Shown: positions 50,801 to 61,501 of the stretch, one piece after another
Numbering within the stretch: the first letter of the stretch is position 1
Layout of the letters: each line of letters opens with the position of its first letter
Source of the DNA: Camelus dromedarius
Lineage: Eukaryota
DNA: 64,000 nucleotides
Direction: 5' to 3'
NCBI RefSeq assembly: GCF_036321535.1
Contig: NC_087436.1
Location: 558,001-622,000 of the forward strand
The notes under the pieces: generated by a model
Told to the model about the DNA's origin: nothing
Seen by the model: only the letters and a program-made list of their open reading frames with translations
Database searches by the model: none
Translations under genes and position numbers: made by a program

Positions 50801-51049
50801 CAAACCGAGTTGGAGCTTCTACCTCCCCATATATATGTATGGAATGGAGTTTGCAACTGAAAAGAAACTTTGTGTTCCCAACAAGCTAGGTGAAGGACGG
50901 CTTTCACACGCACTTATCTCTCAGAACTGAGCAAGTGGAGAGACGTTCGTTCATCTAGCACCAAGGGAACGGGTTGCAGGAGACACTTTTTCTCTGCTTT
51001 CTCAGTCTGTTTCCTAGTGCCGGTTTGAAGTTCCTGCAGTTTTCACTGT

Positions 51050-54000
51050 AAAACGGAGTTGGAGTTTCTACCTCCCCATATATATGTATGGAATGGAGTT
51101 TGCAACTGAAAAGAAACTTTGTGTTCCCAACAAGCTAGGTGAAGGACGGCTTTCACACACACTTATCTCTCAGAACTGAGCAAGTGGAGAGACTTTCGTT
51201 CATCTAGCACCAAGGGAACGGGTTGCAGGAGACAATTTTTCTCTGCTTTCTCAGTCTGTTTCCTAGTGCCGGTTTGAAGTTCCTGCAGTTTTCACTGTCA
51301 AACCGAGTTGGAGCTAGTACCTCCCCATATATATGTATGGAATGGAGTTTGCAACTGAAAAGAAACTTTGTGTTCCCAACAAGCTAGGTGAAGGACGGCT
51401 TTCACACACAATTATCTCTCAGAACTGAGCAAGTGGAGAGACGTTCGTTCATCTAGCACCAAGGAAACGGGTTGCAGGAGACACTTTTTCTCTGCTTTCT
51501 CAGTCTGTTTCCTAGTGCCGGTTTGAAGTTCCTGCAGTTTTCACTGTCAAACCGAGTTGGAGCTTGTACCTCCCCATATATATGTATGGAATGGAGTTTG
51601 CAACTGAAAAGAAACTTTGTGTTCCCAACAAGCTAGGTGAAGGACGGCTTTCACACACACTTATCTCTCAGAACAGAGCAAGTGGAGAGACGTTCGTTCA
51701 TCTAGCACCAAGGGAACGGGTTGCAGGAGACACTTTTTCTCTGCTTTCTCAGTCTGTTTCCTAGTGCCGGTTTGAAGTTCCTGCAGTTTTCACTGTAAAA
51801 TCGAGTTGGAGCTAGTACCTCCCCATATATATGTATGGAATGGAGTTTACAACTGAAAAGAAACTTTGTGTTCCCAACAAGCTAGGTGAAGGACGGCTTT
51901 CACACACACTTATCCCTCAGAACTGAGCAAGTGGAGAGACGTTCGTTCATCTAGCACCAAGGGAACGGGTTGCAGGGGACACTTTTTCTCTGCTTTCTCA
52001 GTCTGTTTCCTAGTGACGGTTTGAAGTTCCTTCAGTTTTCACTGTAAAACCGAGTTGGAGCTATTACCTCCCCATATATATGTATGGAATGGAGTTTGCA
52101 ACTGAAAAGAAACTTTGTGTTCCCAACAAGCTAGGTGAAGGACGGCTTTCACACACACTTATCTCTCAGAACTGAGCAAGTGGAGAGACGTTCGTTCATC
52201 TAGCACCAAGGGAACGGGTTGCAGGAGACACTTTTTCTCTGCTTCTCAGTCTGTTTCCTAGTGCCGGTTTGAAGTTCCTGCAGTTTTCACTGTCAAACCG
52301 AGTTGGAGCTAGTACCTCCCCATATATATGTATGGAATGGAGTTTGCAACTGAAAAGAAACTTTGTGTTCCCAACAAGCTAGGTGAAGGACGGCTTTCAC
52401 ACACACTTATCTCTCAGAACTGAGCAAGTGGAGAGACGTTCTTTCATCTAGCACCAAGGGAACGGGTTGCAGGAGACACTTTTTCTCTGCTTTCTCAGTC
52501 TGTTTCCTAGTGCCGGTTTGAAGTTCCTGCAGTTTTCACTGTAAAACGGAGTTGGAGTTTCTACCTCCCCATATATATGTATGGAATGGAGTTTGCAACT
52601 GAAAAGAAACTTTGTGTTCCCAACAAGCTAGGTGAAGGACGGCTTTCACACACACTTATCTCTCAGAACTGAGCAAGTGGAGAGACTTTCGTTCATCTAG
52701 CACCAAGGGAACGGGTTGCAGGAGACAATTTTTCTCTGCTTTCTCAGTCTGTTTCCTAGTGCCGGTTTGAAGTTCCTGCAGTTTTCACTGTCAAACCGAG
52801 TTGGAGCTAGTACCTCCCCATATATATGTATGGAATGGAGTTTGCAACTGAAAAGAAACTTTGTGTTCCCAACAAGCTAGGTGAAGGACGGCTTTCACAC
52901 ACAATTATCTCTCAGAACTGAGCAAGTGGAGAGACGTTCGTTCATCTAGCACCAAGGGAACGGGTTGCAGGAGACACTTTTTCTCTGCTTCTCAGTCTGT
53001 TTCCTAGTGCCGGTTTGAAGTTCCTGCAGTTTTCACTGTCAAACCGAGTTGGAGCTAGTACCTCCCCATATATATGTATGGAATGGAGTTTGCAACTGAA
53101 AAGAAACTTTGTGTTCCCAACAAGCTAGGTGAAGGACGGCTTTCACACACACTTATCTCTCAGAACTGAGCAAGTGGAGAGACGTTCTTTCATCTAGCAC
53201 CAAGGGAACGGGTTGCAGGAGACACTTTTTCTCTGCTTTCTCAGTCTGTTTCCTAGTGCCGGTTTGAAGTTCCTGCAGTTTTCACTGTAAAACGGAGTTG
53301 GAGTTTCTACCTCCCCATATATATGTATGGAATGGAGTTTGCAACTGAAAAGAAACTTTGTGTTCCCAACAAGCTAGGTGAAGGACGGCTTTCACACACA
53401 CTTATCTCTCAGAACTGAGCAAGTGGAGAGACTTTCGTTCATCTAGCACCAAGGGAACGGGTTGCAGGAGACAATTTTTCTCTGCTTTCTCAGTCTGTTT
53501 CCTAGTGCCGGTTTGAAGTTCCTGCAGTTTTCACTGTCAAACCGAGTTGGAGCTAGTACCTCCCCATATATATGTATGGAATGGAGTTTGCAACTGAAAA
53601 GAAACTTTGTGTTCCCAACAAGCTAGGTGAAGGACGGCTTTCACACACAATTATCTCTCAGAACTGAGCAAGTGGAGAGACGTTCGTTCATCTAGCACCA
53701 AGGAAACGGGTTGCAGGAGACACTTTTTCTCTGCTTTCTCAGTCTGTTTCCTAGTGCCGGTTTGAAGTTCCTGCAGTTTTCACTGTCAAACCGAGTTGGA
53801 GCTTGTACCTCCCCATATATATGTATGGAATGGAGTTTGCAACTGAAAAGAAACTTTGTGTTCCCAACAAGCTAGGTGAAGGACGGCTTTCACACACACT
53901 TATCTCTCAGAACAGAGCAAGTGGAGAGACGTTCGTTCATCTAGCACCAAGGGAACGGGTTGCAGGAGACACTTTTTCTCTGCTTTCTCAGTCTGTTTCC

Positions 54001-56030
54001 TAGTGACGGTTTGAAGTTCCTTCAGTTTTCACTGTAAAACCGAGTTGGAGCTATTACCTCCCCATATATATGTATGGAATGGAGTTTGCAACTGAAAAGA
54101 ACTTTGTGTTCCCAACAAGCTAGGTGAAGGACGGCTTTCACACACACTTATCTCTCAGAACTGAGCAAGTGGAGAGACTTTCGTTCATCTAGCACCAAGG
54201 GAACGGGTTGAAGAAGACACTTTTTCTCTGCTTTCTCAGTCTGTTTCCTAGTGCCGGTTTGAAGTTCCTGCAGTTTTCACTGTCAAACCGAGTTGGAGCT
54301 AGTACCTCCCCATATATATGTATGGAATGGAGTTTGCAACTGAAAAGAAACTTTGTGTTCCCAACAAGCTATGTGAAGGACGGCTTTCACACACAATTAT
54401 CTCTCAGAACTGAGCAAGTGGAGAGACGTTCGTTCATCTAGCACCAAGGAAACGGGTTACAGGAGACACTTTTTCTCTGCTTTCTCAGTCTGTTTCCTAG
54501 TGCCGGTTTGAAGTTCCTGCAGTTTTCACTGTCAAACCGAGTTGGAGCTTGTACCTCCCCATATATATGTATGGAATGGAGTTTGCAACTGAAAAGAAAC
54601 TTTGTGTTCCCAACAAGCTAGGTGAAGGACGGCTTTCACACACACTTATCCCTCAGAACTGAGCAAGTGGAGAGACGTTCGTTCATCTAGCACCAAGGGA
54701 ACGGGTTGCAGGGGACACTTTTTCTCTGCTTTCTCAGTCTGTTTCCTAGTGACGGTTTGAAGTTCCTTCAGTTTTCACTGTAAAACCGAGTTGGAGCTAT
54801 TACCTCCCCATATATATGTATGGAATGGAGTTTGCAACTGAAAAGAAACTTTGTGTTCCCAACAAGCTAGGTGAAGGACGGCTTTCACACACACTTATCT
54901 CTCAGAACTGAGCAAGTGGAGAGACGTTCGTTCATCTAGCACCAAGGGAACGGGTTGCAGGAGACACTTTTTCTCTGCTTCTCAGTCTGTTTCCTAGTGC
55001 CGGTTTGAAGTTCCTGCAGTTTTCACTGTCAAACAGAGTTGGAGCTAGTACCTCCCCATATATATGTATGGAATGGAGTTTGCAACTGAAAAGAAACTTT
55101 GTGTTCCCAACAAGCTAGGTGAAGGACGGCTTTCACACACACTTATCTCTCAGAACTGAGCAAGTGGAGAGACGTCCGTTCATCTAGCACCAAGGGAACG
55201 GGTTGCAGGAGACACTTTTTCTCTGCTTTCTCAGTCTGTTTCCTAGTGCCGGTTTGAAGTTCCTGCAGTTTTCACTGTAAAACGGAGTTGGAGTTTCTAC
55301 CTCCCCATATATATGTATGGAATGGAGTTTGCAACTGAAAAGAAACTTTGTGTTCCCAACAAGCTAGGTGAAGGACGGCTTTCACACACACTTATCTCTC
55401 AGAACTGAGCAAGTGGAGAGACTTTCGTTCATCTAGCACCAAGGGAACGGGTTGCAGGAGACAATTTTTCTCTGCTTTCTCAGTCTGTTTCCTAGTGCCG
55501 GTTTGAAGTTCCTGCAGTTTTCACTGTCAAACCGAGTTGGAGCTACTACCTACCCATATATATGTATGGAATGGAGTTTGCAACTGAAAAGAAACTTTGT
55601 GTTCCCAACAAGCTAGGTGAAGGACGGCTTTCACACACAATTATCTCTCAGAACTGAGCAAGTGGAGAGACGTTCGTTCATCTAGCACCAAGGAAACGGG
55701 TTGCAGGAGACACTTTTTCTCTGCTTTCTCAGTCTGTTTCCTAGTGCCGGTTTGAAGTTCCTGCAGTTTTCACTGTCAAACCGAGTTGGAGCTTGTACCT
55801 CCCCATATATATGTATGGAATGGAGTTTGCAACTGAAAAGAAACTTTGTGTTCCCAACAAGCTAGGTGAAGGACGGCTTTCACACACACTTATCTCTCAG
55901 AACAGAGCAAGTGGAGAGACGTTCGTTCATCTAGCACCAAGGGAACGGGTTGCAGGAGACACTTTTTCTCTGCTTTCTCAGTCTGTTTCCTAGTGCCGGT
56001 TTGAAGTTCCTGCAGTTTTCACTGTAAAAC
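51050..56030 (+). repeat. Local expansion with 6-, 3- and 8-mer periods
   Basis: The monomer marked CGGAGTTGGAGTTTC, GAGACTTTC and GACAATTTT occurs at about 51054, 52547, 53293 and 55283 (spacings 1493, 746, 1990). Confidence 0.8.
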
Positions 56031-56279
56031 CGAGTTGGAGCTTGTACCTACCCATATATATGTATGGAATGGAGTTTGCAACTGAAAAGAAACTTTGTGT
56101 TCCCAACAAGCTAGGTGAAGGACGGCTTTCACACACACTTATCTCTCAGAACTGAGCAAGTGGAGAGACGTTCGTTCATCTAGCACCAAGGGAACGGGTT
56201 GCAGGAGACACTTTTTCTCTGCTTCTCAGTCTGTTTCCTAGTGCCGGTTTGAAGTTCCTGCAGTTTTCACTGTAAAACC

Positions 56280-56528
56280 GAGTTGGAGCTAGTACCTCCC
56301 CATATATATGTATGGAATGGAGTTTGCAACTGAAAAGAAACTTTGTGTTCCCAACAAGCTAGGTGAAGGACGGCTTTCACACACACTTATCTCTCAGAAC
56401 TGAGCAAGTGGAGAGACGTTCGTTCATCTAGCACCAAGGGAACGGGTTGCAGGAGACACTTTTTCTCTGCTTTCTCAGTCTGTTTCCTAGTGCCGGTTTG
56501 AAGTTCCTGCAGTTTTCACTGTCAAACC
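56280..56528 (+). repeat. Representative consensus-like 249-bp monomer
   Basis: GAGTTGGAGCTAGTACCTCCCCATATATATGTATGGAATGGAGTTTGCAACTGAAAAGAAACTTTGTGTTCCCAACAAGCTAGGTGAAGGACGGCTTTCACACACACTTATCTCTCAGAACTGAGCAAGTGGAGAGACGTTCGTTCATCTAGCACCAAGGGAACGGGTTGCAGGAGACACTTTTTCTCTGCTTTCTCAGTCTGTTTCCTAGTGCCGGTTTGAAGTTCCTGCAGTTTTCACTGTCAAACC. Hand count: 114/249 G+C, 6 CpG, one PstI site (CTGCAG). Confidence 0.95.
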
Positions 56529-59500
56529 GAGTTGGAGCTTGTACCTCCCCATATATATGTATGGAATGGAGTTTGCAACTGAAAAGAAACTTTGTGTTCC
56601 CAACAAGCTAGGTGAAGGATGGCTTTCACACACAATTATCTCTCAGAACAGAGCAAGTAGAGAGACGTTCGTTCATCTAGCACCTAGGGAACGGGTTGCA
56701 GGAGACACTTTTTCTCTGCTTTCTCAGTCTGTTACCTAGTACCGGTTTGAAGTTCCTGCAGTTTTCACTGTCAAACCGAGTTGGAGCTAGTACCTCCCCA
56801 TATATATGTATGGAATGGAGTTTGCAACTGAAAAGAAACTTTGTGTTCCCAACAAGCTAGGTGAAGGACGGCCTTCACACACACTTATCTCTCAGAACTG
56901 AGCAAGTGGAGAGACGTTCGTTCATCTAGCACCAGGGAACGGGTTGCAGGAGACACTTTTTCTCTGCTTCCTCAGTCTGTTTCCTAGTGCCGGTTTGAAG
57001 TTCCAGCAGTTTTCACTGTAAAACCGAGTTGGAGCTTGTACCTCCCCATATATATATGGAATGGAGTTTGCAACTGAAAAGAAACTTTGTGTTCCCAACA
57101 AGCTAGGTGAAGGACGGCTTTCACACACACTTATCTCTCAGAACTGAGCAAGTGGAGAGACGTTCGTTCATCTAGCACCAAGGGAACGGGTTGCAGGGGA
57201 CACTTTTTCTCTGCTTTATCAGTCTGTTTCCTAGTGCCGGTTTGAAGTTCCTGCAGTTTTCACTGTCAAACCGAGTTGGAGCTTGTACCTCCCCATATAT
57301 ATGTATGGAATGGAGTTTGCAACTGAAAAGAAACTTTGTGTTCCCAACAAGCTAGGTGAAGGACGGCTTTCACACACACTTATCTCTCAGAACTGAGCAA
57401 GTGGAGAGACGTTCGTTCATCTAGCACCAAGGGAACGGGTTGCAGGGGACACTTTTTCTCTGCTTTCTCAGTCTGTTTCCTAGTGCCGGTTTGAAGTTCC
57501 TGCAGTTTTCACTGTAAAACCGAGTTGGAGCTTCTACCTCCTCATATATATGTATGGAATGGAGTTTGCAACTGAAAAGAAACTTTGTGTTCCCAAAAAG
57601 CAAGGTGAAGGACTGCTTTCACACACACTTATCTCTCAGAACTGAGCAAGTGGAGAGACGTTCGTTCATCTAGAACCAAGGGAACGGGTTGCAGGAGACA
57701 CTTATTCTCTGCTTTCTCAGTCTGTTTCCTAGTGCCGGTTTGAAGTTCCTGCAGTTTTCACTATAAAACCGAGTTGGAGCTTGTACCTCCCCATATATAT
57801 GTATGGAATGGTGTTTGCAACTGAAAAGAAACTTTGTGTTCCCAACAAGCTAGGTGAAGGACGGCTTTCACACACACTTATCTCTCAGAACTGAGCAAGT
57901 GGAGAGACGTTCGTTCATCTAGCACCAAGGGAACGGGTTGCAGGGGACACTTTTTCTCTGCTATCTCAGTCTGTTTCCTAGTGCCGGTTTGAAGTTCCTG
58001 CAGTTTTCACTGTGAAATAGAGTTGGAGCTTCTACCTCCCCATATATATGTATGGAATGGAGTTTGCAACTGAAAAGAAACTTTGTGTTCCCAACAAGCT
58101 AGGTGAAGGACGGCTTTCACACACACTTATCTCTCCGAACTGAGCAAGTGGAGAGACTTTCGTTCATATAGCACCAAGTGAACGGGTTGCAGGAGACACT
58201 TTTTCTCTGCTTTCTCAGTCTGTTTCCTAGTGCCGGTTTGATGTTCCTGCAGTTTTCACTGTCAAACCGAGTTGGAGCTAGTACCTCCCATATATATGTA
58301 TGGAATGGAGTTTGCACCTGAAAAGAAACTTTGTGTTCCCAACAAGCTAGGTGAAGGACGGCTTTCACACACACTTATCTCTCAGAACTGAGCAAGTGGA
58401 GAGACGTTCGTTCATGTAGCACCAAGGGAACGGGTTGCAGGAGACACTTTTTCTCTGCTTTCTCAGTCTGTTTCCTAGTGCCGATTTGAAGTTCCTGCAG
58501 TTTTCACTGTAAAACCGAGTTGGAGCTAGTACCTCCCCATATATATGTATGGAATGGAGTTTGCAACTGAAAAGAAACTTTGTGTTCCCAACAAGCTAGG
58601 TGAAGGACGGCTTTCACACACACTTATTTCCCAGAACTGAGCAAGTGGAGAGACGTTCGTTCATCTAGCAACAAGGAAACGGGTTGCAGGAGACACTTTT
58701 TCTCTGCTTTCTCTGTCTGTTTCCTAGTGCCGGTATGAAGTTCCTACAGTTATCACTGTAAAACCGAGTTGGAGCTAGTACCTCCCCATATATATGTATG
58801 GAATGGAGTTTGCAACTGAAAAGAAACTTTGTGTTCCCAACAAGCTAGGTGAAGGACGGCTTTCACACACACTTATCTCTCAGAACTGAGCAAGTGGAGA
58901 GACATTCGTTCATCTAGCACCAATGGAACGGGTTGCAGGGGACACTTTTTCTCTGCTTTCTCAGTCTGTTTCCTAGTGCCGGTTTGAAGTTCCTGCAGTT
59001 TTCACTGTCAAACCGAGTTGGAGCTTCTACCTCCCCATATATATGTATGGAATGGAGATTGCAACTGAAAAGAAACTTTGTGTTCCCAACAAGATAGTTG
59101 AAGGACGGCTTTCACACACACTTATCTCTCAGAAATGAGCAAGTGGAGAGACGTTCGTTCATCTAGCACCAAGGGAACGGGTTGCAGGAGACACTTTTTC
59201 TCTGCTTTCTCAGTCTGTTTCCTAGTGCCGGTTTGAAGTTCCTGCAGTTTTCACTGTCAAACCGAGTTGGAGCTAGTACCTCCCCATATATATGTATGGA
59301 ATGGAGTTTGCAACTGAAAAGAAACTTTGTGTTCCCAACAAGCTAGGTGAAGGACGGCTTTCACACACACTTATCTCTCAGAACAGAGCAAGTGGAGAGA
59401 CGTTCGTTCATCTAGCACCAAGGGAACGGGTTGCAGGAGTCACTTTTTCTCTGCTTTCTCAGTCTGTTTCCTAGTGCCGTTTTGAAGTTCCTGCAGTTTT

Positions 59501-61501
59501 CACTGTCAAACCGAGTTGGAGCTAGTACCTCCCCATATATATGTATGGAATGGAGTTTGCAACTGAAAAGAAACTGTGTTCCCAACAAGCTAGGTGAAGG
59601 ACGGCTTTCACACGCACATATCTCTCAGAACTGAGCAAGTGGAGAGACGTTCGTTCATCTAGCACCAAGGGAACGGGTTGCAGGAGACACTTTTTCTCTG
59701 CTTCCTCAGTCTGTTTCCTAGTGCCGGTTAGAATTTCCTGCAGTTTTCACTGCAAAACCGAGTTGGAGCTTGTACCTCCCCATATATATGTATGGATTGG
59801 AGTTTGCAACTGAAAAGAAACTTTGTGTTCCCAACAAGCTAGGTGAAGGACGGCTTTCACACGCACATATCTCTCAGAACTGAGCAAGTGGAGAGACGTT
59901 CGTTCATCTAGCACCAAGGGAACGGGTTGCAGGAGACACTTTTTCTCTGCTTTCTCAGTCTGTTTCCTAGTGCCGGTTTGAAGTTCCTGCAGTTTTCACT
60001 GTAAAATGGAGTTGGAGTTTCTACCTCCCCATATATATGTATGGAATGGAGTTTGCAACTGAAAAGAAACTTTGTGTTCCCAACAAGCTAGGTGAAGGAC
60101 GGCTTTCACACACACTTATCACTCAGAACTGAGCAAGTGGAGAGACTTTCGTTCATCTAGCACCAAGGGAACGGGTTGCAGGAGACAATATTTCTCTGCT
60201 TTCTCAGTCTGTTTCCTAGTGCCGGTTTGAAGTTCCTGCAGTTTTCACTGTCAAACCGAGTTGGAGCTAGTACCTCCCCATATATATGTATGGAATGGAG
60301 TTTGCAACTGAAAAGAAACTTTGTGTTCCCAACAAGCTAGGTGAAGGACGGCTTTCACACACAATTATCTCTCAGAACTGAGCAAGTGGAGAGACGTTCG
60401 TTCATCTAGCACCAAGGAAACGGGTTGCAGGAGACACTTTTTCTCTGCTTTCTCAGTCTGTTTCCTAGTGCCGGTTTGAAGTTCCTGCAGTTTTCACTGT
60501 CAAACCGAGTTGGAGCTTGTACCTCCCCATATATATGTATGGAATGGAGTTTGCAACTGAAAAGAAACTTTGTGTTCCCAACAAGCTAGGTGAAGGACGG
60601 CTTTCACACACACTTATCTCTCAGAACAGAGCAAGTGGAGAGACGTTCGTTCATCTAGCACCAAGGGAACGGGTTGCAGGAGACACTTTTTCTCTGCTTT
60701 CTCAGTCTGTTTCCTAGTGCCGGTTTGAAGTTCCTGCAGTTTTCACTGTAAAATCGAGTTGGAGCTAGTACCTCCCCATATATATGTATGGAATGGAGTT
60801 TACAACTGAAAAGAAACTTTGTGTTCCCAACAAGCTAGGTGAAGGACGGCTTTCACACACACTTATCCCTCAGAACTGAGCAAGTGGAGAGACGTTCGTT
60901 CATCTAGCACCAAGGGAACGGGTTGCAGGAGACACTTTTTCTCTGCTTTCTCAGTCTGTTTCCTAGTGACGGTTTGAAGTTCCTTCAGTTTTCACTGTAA
61001 AACCGAGTTGGAGCTATTACCTCCCCATATATATGTATGGAATGGAGTTTGCAACTGAAAAGAAACTTTGTGTTCCCAACAAGCTAGGTGAAGGACGGCT
61101 TTCACACACACTTATCTCTCAGAACTGAGCAAGTGGAGAGACGTTCGTTCATCTAGCACCAAGGGAACGGGTTGCAGGAGACACTTTTTCTCTGCTTCTC
61201 AGTCTGTTTCCTAGTGCCGGTTTGAAGTTCCTGCAGTTTTCACTGTCAAACCGAGTTGGAGCTAGTACCTCCCCATATATATGTATGGAATGGAGTTTGC
61301 AACTGAAAAGAAACTTTGTGTTCCCAACAAGCTAGGTGAAGGACGGCTTTCACACACACTTATCTCTCAGAACTGAGCAAGTGGAGAGACGTTCGTTCAT
61401 CTAGTACCAAGGGAACGGGTTGCAGGAGACACTTTTTCTCTGCTTTCTCAGTCTGTTTCCTAGTGCCGGTTTGAAGTTCCTGCAGTTTTCACTGTCAAAC
61501 C
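56529..61501 (+). repeat. One complete 20-monomer cycle (4973 bp) containing most monomer types once; candidate ancestral HOR
   Basis: The 'W' monomer (GGATGGC, AAGTAGAG, CCTAGGG, GTTACCT) has ORFs at 56539 and 61512, an offset of 4973 bp = 20 monomers. The intervening monomers are largely non-redundant types. Confidence 0.75.

Noticed and set aside
56301..56312. TATA-like promoter (CATATATATG)
   Set aside because: It is a short AT microsatellite-like palindrome present in every monomer, with no downstream gene or other promoter evidence.
56280..56528. tRNA-, 5S- or snRNA-derived tandem gene cluster or SINE array
   Set aside because: I see no recognisable Pol III A/B boxes in correct arrangement, cloverleaf, 5S or U-snRNA sequence, poly-A tail or target-site duplications.
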